The notes: a model not told the origin generated them from the letters alone. DNA of 64,000 nt from Eledone cirrhosa (GCA_964016885.1 OZ024746.1:63116001-63180000); one strand, 5' to 3'. Shown: positions 41,261 through 53,493, counted from the stretch's first letter. Numbers and translations: made by a program.

Positions 41261-41665
41261 CATTAACTGGATTTTTTTTCTTTTACTCTCTTGCATTCTC
41301 TCTCTATCGTGTTTGGTGACTTTATTTATGCACCTCAATTCACACAGTTTAAGTTAAAAAAGTTGTATATCATGAAACATTTTACTAATTTTTTTTACTA
41401 TATATTGTCAGAGGTAACAGAATTTTTGAAACATTTATCTTCTCCAAAGAACCATATAGCTGGTTTGAAAGAAAGAAAAATTATGAATAATTCCCACATC
41501 TATTTTGTAACTGATTGTCCAAAAACTGATAGTTTTATTTCCAAGGCAACGCTGGATAACTTGTTGCTTATTAACATGTGTATACACAGTATAATTTAAA
41601 AAATATTATCTCCAATTCGGTTGATATAAGATTTTAGAGCTGATATCTGAGTCAGCTGTCAGGTT

Positions 41666-41738
41666 GGCCGCATGGCCTAATGGGTAAGGCGTCTGACTTC
41701 GAATCTGAAGATTGCGTGTCCGATTCTCGTTGTGGTCG
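41666..41738 (+). pseudogene. tRNA-Arg(UCG) degenerate subfamily B
   Basis: A20G, A41U, broken T arm. Confidence 0.85.
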
Positions 41739-42321
41739 CGAGAATGCTGTTTCTGTTTTTACTCTTCCTCTCATTCTTACCCTCTTGCTCTCTCCCGCAA
41801 TCTGTTTTTCATGCACATCACATTTCCTTGTTTATCATAAAACCTAAGAATAATAATTTTTTGACTAAGTTTTGTCAGAGGTAAGAGATTTTTGAACCAT
41901 TTACCTTTTCAAGAAATATAAATATTTATTTCAAAAAAGCAAAAAGCAAAATGGCGGGAAAGTTAAGAACGTTGTTTATCATAAAACATTTTACTAAGAA
42001 TTCTTTGACTATATTTTCTCAGAGGTGATATATTTTTTGAACCGTGTATCTTTTTCAAACAATATAAACATTTATTTCAAAAAACAAAACAAAAAACAAA
42101 AATAAAATAAAAATATACGCATAAATCCCACAGCTACTTTGTAATAGATTGACGAACAACTAAATGTTTTATTTCCAAGGCACCACCGGATACACTACTG
42201 CTTACTTATATAAGAAAGTGTGGTATTACGGCAATCTATATAATCCGCGAGAAACAATAGAAAGTTGTCAAAATATTCGACATAATATGTTAGTACTAAA
42301 TTCCAGTAATGACAGCAGGTC

Positions 42322-42394
42322 CGCCGCGTGGCCTAGTGGATAAGGCGTCTGACTTCGAATCAGAAGATTGCGAGTTCGAGTCTCGTTGTGGTCG
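42322..42394 (+). tRNA. trnR-UCG: tRNA-Arg(UCG) variant (G1C, A7G, A15G)
   Basis: First base pair lost. Confidence 0.65.
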
Positions 42395-43476
42395 TAATAA
42401 GTGTCATTTTGCTTTTACTCTCTCGCGTTCTCTCTAACTGTCCCTCTCTATCAGGTTTAGTATCTTATCTCGACACACCACAATTTACACAGTTTATTCT
42501 ATTTAAACTAATCACAACATAACATCTCTACACAGACATCATGTAATGTACAAACCTTCATTATTTCAATATGTTATAAATATATTTCTTTAACAGAAAC
42601 ACCTTGTAATACATTACATTAGTGGTTCAACTTGTTATAATATTTCTTCTAATAATAGAACTCTTCAGAATATTTCATCATTATCTCAACTCTCAGATTT
42701 ACGTATAAACTCTATTTGATGCAATAGATACTTTCACTTTTCTCTCTTAGATTTTCGTCAATAACAAACTTAAGATCGAATGAATAAGATTTTACTGAGT
42801 ATTTAAACCTTGCCCAGTCACGTATTCTTGGGTATAAACCAACTTACTCAAATTAATATCAGATACTTCAACTAAACTACAGCCAGATCATCACAGCAAC
42901 ATATATTGTGTCACATTCACTATCTTCTCGATTCATATCAGTTTTACAGTCTTAAAGTAGTCACAACTATCATGTGTCATATATCTTGGTAACATATGTC
43001 TTAGCTTTACAATGTCAATCAAAATTTGATCTCAATATCAGACATTAAATAAGACTGGACTATAGTTGTAAGAGTCCTGTTTCTCTCATAGACAGATATA
43101 TGTTGGATGTTGACATGTTGGAAGTGAGAACAATCATTATATAAATGATCATGGCGGGAAAGTTAAGAACGTTGTTTATCGTGAAACATTTTACTAAGAA
43201 TTCTTTGACTATCTCATGTCAGAGGTGATAGATATTTTGAACCATATATTTTTTTCAAACAATATAAACATTAGGTTTCAAAGAAAGAAAAAATAGAAAT
43301 AATTCCCACATCTATTTTGTAACAGATTGTCCAACAACCGAGTGTTTTATTTCCAAAGCAATGCCGGATAACTTGCTACATAATCACATGTATATACGTG
43401 GTATACTAAATATATATTGTCTCCAATTCGTTTGATATAAGAGTTTAGAGCTGATATCTGAAACGGCTGTGAGGTT

Positions 43477-43549
43477 GGCCGCATGGCCTAATGGATAAGG
43501 CGTCTGACTTCGAATTAGAAGATTGCGGGTTCGAGTCTCGCTGTGGTCG
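43477..43549 (+). tRNA. trnR-UCG: tRNA-Arg(UCG) variant (C40U, A52G, U65C)
   Basis: All changes compatible with pairing. Confidence 0.85.
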
Positions 43550-43689
43550 CAATTGGAGAAATTTAGTTTTTACTCTCTTGCAATATATTTCTTTAACAGA
43601 AACACCTCGTAATACATTACATTAAATTTTAAAGTCCAAATTGTTTGATATAAGATTTTAGTGCTGATATATGAAGCTGCTGCCAGGTG

Positions 43690-43762
43690 GGCAACATGGC
43701 CTAATGGGTAAGGCGTCTGACGTCGAATCACAGGATTGAAAGTTCGCGTCTCGTTGTGGTCG
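43690..43762 (+). pseudogene. tRNA-Arg degenerate subfamily D
   Basis: GGCAAC, U33G, A58C. Confidence 0.85.
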
Positions 43763-44193
43763 CTAGAATAGCTATACTTATTCTCTCGTTCATTTTATTC
43801 TCTTTCATTCTCTCTCACTACATCTCACTCCGCGTTTTTACACATCACATTTCTCTGTTTATCATAAAACCTAAAAATAAGTATTTTTTGACTGAGTTTT
43901 TTTCAGGTGTAAGAGATTTTTTTAACGATTTACCTTTTCAATAAATATAAACATTTATTTCAAACGACAAAAAAGAAAACAAAAATATACGCATAATTCC
44001 CAGACCTACTTTGTAATAGATTGACGAACAACTAAATGTTTTATTTCCAAGGAAACACCGGATACACTACTGCTTAATTATATAAGAAAGGGTGGTATTA
44101 CGGCAATCTATATAATTGGCGAGAAACAATAAAAAGCTGTCAAAATATTCGACATAATATATTAGTACTAATTTCCAACAGTGACAGCAGGTC

Positions 44194-44266
44194 GGCCGCG
44201 TGGCCTAATGGATAAGGCGTCTGACTTCGAATCAGAAGATTGCGAGTTCGAGTCTCGTTGTGGTCA
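44194..44266 (+). tRNA. trnR-UCG: tRNA-Arg(UCG) variant (A7G, G73A)
   Basis: Cloverleaf intact. Confidence 0.88.
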
Positions 44267-44760
44267 TAATAAGTATAGTTTTGCTTTTACTCTCTGGCTT
44301 TCTCTCTAACTCTCCCTCTCTATCAGGTTTAGTATCTTATCTCTCCACACCACAATTTACACAGTTTATTCTATTTAAACTAATCACAACATAACATCTC
44401 TACACAGACATCATGTAGTGTACAAACCTTCATTATTTCAATATATAGGTTATCGTTGTTTATCGTGAAACATTATACTAAGAATTCTTTGACTATATTT
44501 TGTCATAGGTGATAGATATTTTGAACCATGTATTGTTTTTAAAGAATATAAACATTAGGTTTCAAAGAAAGAAAAAACAGAAATAATTCCCACATCTATT
44601 TTGTAACAGATTGTCCAACAACCGAGTGTTTTATTTCCAAAGCAACGCCGAATAACTTGCTACATAATCACATGTATATAGGTAGTATAATCAAAAAATA
44701 TTGTCTCCAATTCATTTGATATAAGATTTTACAGCTGATATCTGAAACAGCTGCCATGTT

Positions 44761-44833
44761 TGCCGCATGGCCTAATGGATAAGGCGTCTGACTTCGAATC
44801 AGAAGATTGCGAGTTCGAGTCTCGTTGTGGTCG
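44761..44833 (+). tRNA. trnR-UCG: tRNA-Arg(UCG) variant (G1U)
   Basis: First base pair lost. Confidence 0.72.
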
Positions 44834-45237
44834 CATTAACTGGATTTTTTTCTTTTACTCTCTTGCATTCTCTCTCTATCGTGTTTGGTGACATTATTTA
44901 TCCACCTCAATTCAAACAGTTTAAGTTTTAAAAGTTGTATATCATGAAACATTTTACTAATTTTTTTTACTATATATTGTCAGAGGTAATAGATTTTTTG
45001 AAACATTTATCTTCTCCAAAGAACCATATAGCTGGTTTGAAAGAAAGAAAAATCATGAATAATTCCCACATCTCTTTTGTAACTGATTATCCAAAAAATG
45101 ATCGCTTTATTTCCAAGGCAACGCTGGATAACTTGTTGCTTATTAACATGTATATACACAGTATAATTTAAAAAATATTATCTCCAATTCGGTTGATATA
45201 AGATTTTAGAGCTGATATCTGAGTCAGCTGTCTGGTT

Positions 45238-45310
45238 GGCCGCATGGCCTAATGGGTAAGGCGTCTGACTTCGAATCTGAAGATTGGGTGTGCGATTCTC
45301 GTTGTGGTCG
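45238..45310 (+). pseudogene. tRNA-Arg(UCG) degenerate subfamily B
   Basis: A20G, A41U, broken T arm. Confidence 0.85.
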
Positions 45311-45887
45311 CGAGAATGCTGTTTCTGTTTTTACTCTTCCTCTTATTCTCACCCTCTCGCTCTCTCCCGCAATCTGTTTTTCATGCACATCACATTTCCT
45401 TGTTTATCATAAAACCTAAGAATAATAACTTTTTGACTAAGTTTTGTCAGAGGTAAGAGATTTTTGAACCATTTACCTTTTCAAGAAATATAAATATTTA
45501 TTTCAAAAAAGCAAAAAGCAAAATGGCGGGAAAGTTAAGAACGTTGTTTATCATAAAACATTTTACTAAGAATTCTTTGACTATATTTTCACAGAGGTGA
45601 TATATTTTTTGAACCGTGTATCTTTTTCAATCAATATAAACATTTATTTCAAAAAACAAAACAAACAAAAAAATATGTGCACAATTCCCACAGCTATTGA
45701 GTAATAGAGTGACCAACAACTAAATGTTTTATTTCCAAGGTAACACCGGATACACTACTGCGTACTTATATGAGAAAGTGTGGTATAACGGCAATCTATG
45801 TATACCATTAAAGAAGGACATGAAAAAGTTATCATAAATAATTCAACATATTATATTAGGACTAATTTCCAGCATGTCTGACAGGTC

Positions 45888-45960
45888 GGCCGCGTGGCCT
45901 AATGGATAAGGCGTCTGACTTCGAATCAGAAGATTGCGAGTTCGAGTCTCGTTGTGGTCG
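45888..45960 (+). tRNA. trnR-UCG: tRNA-Arg(UCG), A7G isodecoder
   Basis: Only A7G differs. Confidence 0.92.
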
Positions 45961-46812
45961 CAATAGTCAAATTTTGTTTTTATTCTCTTGCAATATATTT
46001 CTTTTACAGAAACACCTTATAATACATTACATTACTGGTTCAACTTGTTATAATAATTCTTCTAATAGAAAATTTCAGCATTATCTCAACTCTCAGATTT
46101 ACGTATAAACTCTATTTCATACAATAGATACTTTCACTTTTCTCTCTTAGATTTTCGTCAATAACAAACTTAAGATCGAATGAATAAGATTTTACTGAGG
46201 ATTTCAACTAAACTACAGCCAGGTCATCACAGCAACATGTATTGAGTCACTTTCACTATCTTCTCGATTCATATCTGTTTTACAGTCTTAAAGTAGTCAC
46301 AACTATCATATGTCATACATCTTGGTAACATATGTCTTAGCTTTACAACGTCAATAAAAATATTATCTCAATGTCAGACATTAAATAAGACTGGACTATA
46401 GTTGTAAGAGTCCTGTTTCTCTCATAGACAGACATATGTTGGATGTTGACATGTTGGAAGTGAGAACAATCTTTATATAAATGATCATGGCGGGAAAGTT
46501 AAGAACGTTGTTTATCGTGAAACATTTTACTAAGAATTCTTTGACTATATTTTGTCAGAGGTGATAGATATTTTGAAACATATATTTGTTTCAAACAATA
46601 TAAACATTAGGTTTCAAAGAAAGAAAAAATAGAAATAATTCCGACATCTATTTTGTAACAGATTGTCCAACAACCGAGTGTTTTATTTCCAAAGCAACGC
46701 TGGATAACTTGCTACTTATTCACATGTATATAGGTAGTATAATCAAAAAATATTGTCTCCAATTCATTTGATATAAGATTTTAGAGCTGATATCTGAAAC
46801 AGGTGTCATGTT

Positions 46813-46885
46813 GGCCGCATGGCCTAATGGATAAGGCGTCTGACTTCGAATCAGAAGATTGCGAGTTCGAGTCTCGTTGTGGTCG
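46813..46885 (+). tRNA. trnR-UCG: tRNA-Arg(UCG), consensus
   Basis: Identical to consensus. Confidence 0.95.
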
Positions 46886-47025
46886 CAATCGGAGAAATTT
46901 TGTTTTTACTCTCTTGCAATATATTTCTTTAACAGAAACACCTCGTAATACATTACATTAAATTTTAAAGTCCAAATTGTTTGATATAAGATTTTAGTGC
47001 TGATATATGAAGCTGCTGCCAGGTG

Positions 47026-47098
47026 GGCAACATGGCCTAATGGGTAAGGCGTCTGACGTCGAATGACAGGATTGAAAGTTCGCGTCTCGTTGTGGGCG
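47026..47098 (+). pseudogene. tRNA-Arg degenerate subfamily D
   Basis: GGCAAC, U33G, A58C. Confidence 0.85.
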
Positions 47099-47527
47099 CT
47101 AGAATAGCTGTACTTATTCTCTCGTTCATTTTTTTCACTTTCATTCTCTCTCACTACATCTCACTCCGCGTTTTTACACATCACATTTCTCTGTTTATCA
47201 TAAAACCTAAAAATAAGTATTTTTTGACTGAGTTTTTTTCAGGTGTAAGAGATTTTTTAACGATTTACCTTTTCAATAAATATAAACATTTATTTCAAAC
47301 AACAAAAAGAAAAGAAAAATATACGCATAATTCCCAGAGCTATTTTGTAATAGATTGACGAACAACTAAATGTTTTATTTCCAAGGAAACGCCGGATACA
47401 CTACTGCTTACTTATATAAGAAAGTGTGGTATTACGGCAATCTATATAATTGGCGAGAAACAATAAAAAGTTGTCAAAATATTCGACATAGTATATTAGT
47501 ACTAATTTCCAGTAGTGACAGCAGGTC

Positions 47528-47600
47528 GGCCGCGTGGCCTAATGGATAAGGCGTCTGACTTCGAATCAGAAGATTGCGAGTTCGAGTCTCGTTGTGGTCG
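47528..47600 (+). tRNA. trnR-UCG: tRNA-Arg(UCG), A7G isodecoder
   Basis: Only A7G differs. Confidence 0.92.
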
Positions 47601-47756
47601 AAATAAGTGCTATTTTGCTTTTTCTCTCTAACAGTCCCTCTCTATCAGGTTTAGTATCTTATCTCTACACACCACAATTTAAACAGTTTATTCTATTTAA
47701 ACTAATCACAACATAACATCTCTACCCAGACATCATGTAGTGTACAAACCTTCATT

Positions 47757-47940
47757 GTGGATTGGCAGTATCAGTAGATGGTCGGACGCCATGCTTTCCA
47801 GCATAGTTACGTCCCTTTACGATCTGAGTTCAAATCCCGCCGAGGTTGACTTTGCCTTTCATCCTTACGGGGTCGATAAATTAAAGTACCAGTAATGCAC
47901 TGAGTATTTGCTGGCCTTGTGCCTAAAGTAGAGATAATTA
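47757..47940 (+). mobile_element. tRNA-derived SINE inserted in array spacer
   Basis: Same site and sequence as 12996. Confidence 0.9.
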
Positions 47941-48847
47941 TTTCAATATGTTATAAATATATTTCTTTAACACCTTGTAATACATTATATTACTGGTTCA
48001 ACTTGTTATAATATTTCTTCTAATAATAGAACTCTTCAGAATATTTCAACGTTATCTCAACTCTCAGATTTACGTATAAACTCTATTTGATACAATAGAT
48101 ACTTTCACTTTTCTCTCTTAGATTTTCGTCAATAACAAACTTAAGATCGAATGAATAAGATTTTACTGAGGATTTCAACCTTGCCCAGTCACGTATTCTT
48201 GGGTATAAACCAACTTACTCAAATTAATATCAGATATTTCAACTAAACTACAGCCAGGTCATCACAGCAACATATATTGTGTCACATTCACTATCTTCTC
48301 GATTCATATCGGTTTTACAGTCTTAAAGTAGTCACAACTATCATATGTCATATGTCGTGGTAACATATGTCTTAGCTTTACAACGTCATTAAAAATTTGA
48401 TCTCAATGTCAGACATTAAATATGACTGGACTATAGTTGGAAGAGTCCTGTTTCTCTCATAGACAGATATATGTTGGATGTTGACATGTTGGAAGTGAGA
48501 ACAATCTTTATATAAATGATCATGGCCGGAAAGTTAAGAACGTTGTTTATCGTGAAACATTATACTAAGAATTCTTTGACTATATCATTTCAGAGGTGAT
48601 AGATATTTTGAACCATATATTTTTTTCAAACAATATAAACATTAGGTTTCAAAGAAAGAAAAAATAGAAATAATTCCCACATCTATTTTGTAACAGATTG
48701 TCCAACAACCGAGTGTTTTATTTCCAAAGCAATGCCGGATAACTTGCTACTTATTCACATGTATATAGGTAGTATAATTAAAAAATATTGTCTCCAATTC
48801 ATTTGATATAAGATTTTAGAGCTGATATCTGAAACAGCTGTCAGGTT

Positions 48848-48920
48848 GGCCGCATGGCCTAATGGATAAGGCGTCTGACCTCGAATCAGAAGATTGCGAG
48901 TTCGAGTCTCGTTGTGGTCG
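48848..48920 (+). tRNA. trnR-UCG: tRNA-Arg(UCG) variant (U33C)
   Basis: Anticodon loop CC TCG AA. Confidence 0.72.
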
Positions 48921-49060
48921 CAATCGGAGAAATTTTGGTTTTACTCTCTTGCAATATATTTCTTTAACAGAAACACCTCGTAATACATTACATTAAATTT
49001 TAAAGTCCAAATTGTTTGATATAAGATTTTAGTGCTGATATATGAAGCTGCTGCCAGGTG

Positions 49061-49133
49061 GGCAACATGGCCTAATGGGTAAGGCGTCTGACGTCGAATC
49101 ACAGGATTAAGAGTTCGCGTCTCGTTGTGGTCG
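49061..49133 (+). pseudogene. tRNA-Arg degenerate subfamily D
   Basis: GGCAAC, U33G, A58C. Confidence 0.85.
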
Positions 49134-49563
49134 CTAGAATAGCTGTACGTATTCTCTCGTTCATTTTATTCTCTTTCATTCTCTCTCACTACATCTCACT
49201 CCGCATTTTTTCACATCACATTTCTCTGTTTATCATAAAACCTAAAAATAAGTATTTTTTGACTGAATTTTTTTCAGGTGTAAGAGATTTCTTTAACGAT
49301 TTACCTTTTCAAGAAATATAAACATTTATTTCAAACAACAAAAAAAATAAAAAAATATACGCATAATTCCCAGAGCTACTTTGTAATAGATTGACGATCA
49401 ACTAAATGTTTTATTTCCAAGGAAACACCGGATACACTACTGCTTAATTATATAAGAAAGGGTGGTATTACGGCAATCTATATAATTGGCGAGAAACAAT
49501 AAAAAGCTGTCAAAATATTCGACATAATATATTAGTACTAATTTCCAACAGTGACAGCAGGTC

Positions 49564-49636
49564 GGCCGCGTGGCCTAATGGATAAGGCGTCTGACTTCGA
49601 ATCAGAAGATTGCGAGTTCGAGTCTCGTTGTGGTCG
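49564..49636 (+). tRNA. trnR-UCG: tRNA-Arg(UCG), A7G isodecoder
   Basis: Only A7G differs. Confidence 0.92.
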
Positions 49637-50469
49637 TAATAAGTGCCATTTTGCTTTTACTCTCTGGCTTTCTCTCTAACTGTCCCTCTCTATCAGGTTT
49701 AGTATCTTATCTCTACACACCACAATTTACACAGTTTATTCTATTTAAACTAATCACAACATAACATCTCTACACAGACATCATGTAATGTACAAACCTT
49801 CATTATTTCAATATGTTATAAATATATTTCTTTAACAGAAACACCTTGTAATACATTACATTACTGGTTCAACTTGTTATAATAATTCTTCTAATAATAG
49901 AACTCTTCAGAATATTTCAACATTATCTCAACTCTCAGATTTACGTATAAACTCTATTTGATACAATAGATACTTTCACTTTTCTCTCTTAGATTTTCGT
50001 CAATAACAATCTGTTACAAAATAGCTGTGGGAATTATTTCTATTTTTTTCTTTCTTTGAAACCTAATGCTTATATTCATTAAAAAAGATATACCGTTCAA
50101 AATATCTATCACCTCTGACAAAATATAGTCAAAGAAACTTAGTAAAATATTTTAGGGTAAACAACGTTCTTAACTTGCCGGCCATGATCATTTATATAAT
50201 GATTGTTCTCACTTCCAACATGTCAACATCCAACATATATCTGTCTATGAGAGAAACAGGACTCTTACATCTATAGTCCAGTCATATTTAATGTCTGACG
50301 TTGAGATCATATTTTTATTGACATTGTAAAGCTAAGACATATGTTACCAAGACTTATACATTAGGCCATGCAGCCAGCTTGACATCTACTTCAGATATTA
50401 TTACAAATATATTATGTCAAATGATTTAATGGTAATGTTTTAAAGTATTTTGACAACATTTATTGTTTC

Positions 50470-50995
50470 TTAAGAATTAACGCCCAAGATGCTGTTTGCA
50501 TTCTTGGCTCTCCAATTCTCTCGAAACCGTATGAGAATACTTGGAGACCAAGCATGCCGACCTATCTAATATGACTGAGAGGTTGCGCTTCATTGACGTG
50601 CACTCATGTGTCGTCCTCCTTAGGAACTGCTTCACCCTTCCAAAGTGCATATTCCTGCTGCGCGGAGCGCTTTGTCAGACTTTCGCAGATCGCTTCGGTG
50701 AACTCGATGCTACCTTCCTACGCTGTGCGGAACACGTCTGCAATGTTAGTTTCGACGGCACCGGCAAGCAAAGAGGAACTTCCCGTGAGGTTTAGTGGCC
50801 ACGGCTTCCGATCAGCATTGGATATGGCACTACTGCTTGCCGCTACTCAATTTCCTCCAGTCGAACCATCACCAGAGAGGTCCTCAACAAATCGGCAGAA
50901 CCTGGCGTGGTTCCAGAAAGGAAGGTCACTTTGTCCCCCAGTATACAAATATCCATCGTAACCTGGACGACATCAACTGCACGCCTTGTTTGGTG
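50470..50995 (+). mobile_element. CRE-like retrotransposon fragment, copy 2
   Basis: ETKHADLSNMTERLRFIDVH..LLRNCFTLPKC; homologous to 8800-9350. Confidence 0.7.
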
Positions 50996-51395
50996 GAAAT
51001 CTTATTCATTCGATCTTAAGTTTGATATGGAAGAAAATCTAAGAGAGGAAAGTAAAAGTATCTATCGTATCAAATAGAGTTTATACGTAAATCTGAGATT
51101 TGAGATAATGTTGAAATTTTCTGAAGAGTTCTATTATTAGAAGAATTATCATAACAGGTTGAACCAGTAATGTAATGTATTACAAGGTGTTTCTGTTAAA
51201 GAAATATATTTATAACATATTGAAATAAGGAAGGTTGGTACACTACATGATGTCCGTGTAGAGATGTTATGTTGTGATTAGTTTAAATAGAATAAACTGT
51301 GTAAATTATGGTGTGTAGAGATAAGATAATAAACCTGACAGTTAGTGACAGTTAGAGAAAACGCAGGGAGAGTAAAAACAAAATGTCTCCTACTG

Positions 51396-51468
51396 CGACC
51401 ACAACGAGACTCGAACTCGCAATCTTCTGATTCGAAGTCAGACACCTTATCCATTAGGCCATGCGGCC
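51396..51468 (-). tRNA. trnR-UCG: tRNA-Arg(UCG) variant (C25U)
   Basis: G10-U25 wobble, otherwise consensus. Confidence 0.88.
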
Positions 51469-51929
51469 GACATAGCGTGGTGCTGGAAATTAGTATTAAT
51501 ATAATATGGTGAATTATTTTGACAAGTTTTTATTGTTTCTCACGAATTATATAGATTGCCGTAATACCACACTTTCTCATATAAGTAAGCAGTAGTGTAT
51601 CCGGTGTTGCCTTGGAAATAAAACATTTAGTTGATCGTCAATCTATTACAAAGTAGCTCTGAGTAATAAGCGTATATTTTTGTTTTCTTTTTTGTTTTTG
51701 AAATAAACATTTGTATTTCTTGAAAAGGTAAATCGTTAAAAAGATCTCTTACCTCTGAAAAAAACTTAGTAAAAATATACTTATTTATAGGTTTTATGAT
51801 AAATAAGGAAATGTGATGTGGATAAAAACGCAGAGGGAGATGGAGAGAGAGAATGAATGAGCGTGAAACAGAGAGTGAGAATGAAAGAGACAGTAATAAG
51901 AGGGAATAAAAACAAAACTAGCATTCATG

Positions 51930-52002
51930 CGACCGCAATGAGATTCGAATTCACAATCTTCTAATTCGAAGTCAGACGCAATATCCATTAGGCCACGCGG
52001 CC
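51930..52002 (-). pseudogene. Diverged tRNA-Arg(UCG), probable pseudogene
   Basis: D-stem mismatches, G53A; also pairing-compatible U50-A64 and U68C. Confidence 0.75.
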
Positions 52003-53081
52003 AACACGATGACCGACTCAGATATCAGCTCTAAAATCTTATATCAAACGATTTGGAGACAATATACTTTTAGTATACCACGTATACACATGTTAATAAG
52101 CAACAAGTTATGCGCCGTAGCCTTGGAAATAAAACGATCAGTTGTTGGACAATCAGTTACTAAATAGATGTGGGAATAATTTCTTTTTCTTTCTTTGAAA
52201 CCTAATGGCTATGTTCTTTATAAAAGATATACCGTTCAAAATATCTATCACCTCTGACAAAATATAGTCAAAGAATTCTTAGTGAAATGTTTCACGATAA
52301 ACAACGTTCTTAACTTTCCCGCCATAATCATTTATATAATGATTGTTCTCACTTCCAACATGTCAACATCCAACATATATCTGTCTATGAGAGAAACAGG
52401 ACTCTTACAACTATAGTCCAGTCATATTTAATGTCTGACATTGAGATAATATGTTTATTGACATTGTAAAGCTAAGACATATGTTACCAAGATATATGAC
52501 ATATGATAGTTGTGACTACTTTAAGACTGTAAAACTGATATGAATCGAGAAGATAGTGAATGTGACACAATATATGTTGTTGTGATGACCTGGCTGTAGT
52601 TTAGTTGAAGTATCTGATATTAATTTGAGTAAGTTGGTTTATACCCAAGAATATGTGACTGGGCAAGGTTTAAATACTCAGTAAAATCTTATTCATTCGA
52701 TCTTAAGTTTGATATTGACGAAAATCTAAGAGAGAAAAGTGAAAGTATCTATTGTATCAAATAGAGTTTATACGTAAATCTGAGAGTTGAGATAATGTTG
52801 AAATTTTCTGAAGAGTTCTATTATTAGAAGAATTATCATAACAAGTTGAACCAGGAATGTAATGTATTACAAGGTGTTTCTGTTAAAGAAATATATTTAT
52901 AACATATTGAAATAAGGAAGGTTGGTACACTACATGATGTCTGTGTAGAGATGTTATGTTGTGCTTAGTTTGAATAGAATAAACTGTGTAAAATGTGGCG
53001 TGTAGAGATAAGATACTAAACCTGATAGTTAGGGACAGTTAGAGAGAACGCCAGAGAGTAAAAGCAAAATGGCACTTATTA

Positions 53082-53153
53082 CGACCACAACGAGACTCGA
53101 ACTCGTATTTTCTAATTTGAAGTCAGACGCCTTTTCCATTAGGCCATGCGGCC
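53082..53153 (-). tRNA. tRNA-Arg-derived tRNA with UCA anticodon (candidate opal suppressor)
   Basis: GGCCGCATGGCCTAATGGAAAAGGCGTCTGACTTCAAATTAGAAAATACGAGTTCGAGTCTCGTTGTGGTCG; all four stems pair, A/B boxes intact. Confidence 0.75.
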
Positions 53154-53493
53154 GATCTGTTTAGGCCATTGGATATTAGTATTAATATATTATGGTGAAT
53201 TATTTTGACAACTTGTTATCGTTACGATTATTGTCGTTATACCATACTTTCTCATATAAGTATGCGTATATTTTCGTTTTCTCTTCTGCTTTTTGAAATA
53301 CAATGTTTATATTTCTTAAAAAAGTAAATCGTAAAAAAAATCTCTTACCTCTGACAAAACTTAGTCAAAAAATTCTTCTACGTAGTTTCATGATAAATAC
53401 GAAAATGTGAGATGGATAAAAACGCAGAGAGGGAGAGGCGGAGAGATAGAAAATGAAAGAGAAAGTAAATATAGGAGAATACCAACATCCTTG

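Noticed and set aside
53082-53153. tRNA-Sec assignment for the UCA copy
   Set aside because: It has a standard 7/5 fold, a short variable loop and near identity to the Arg consensus
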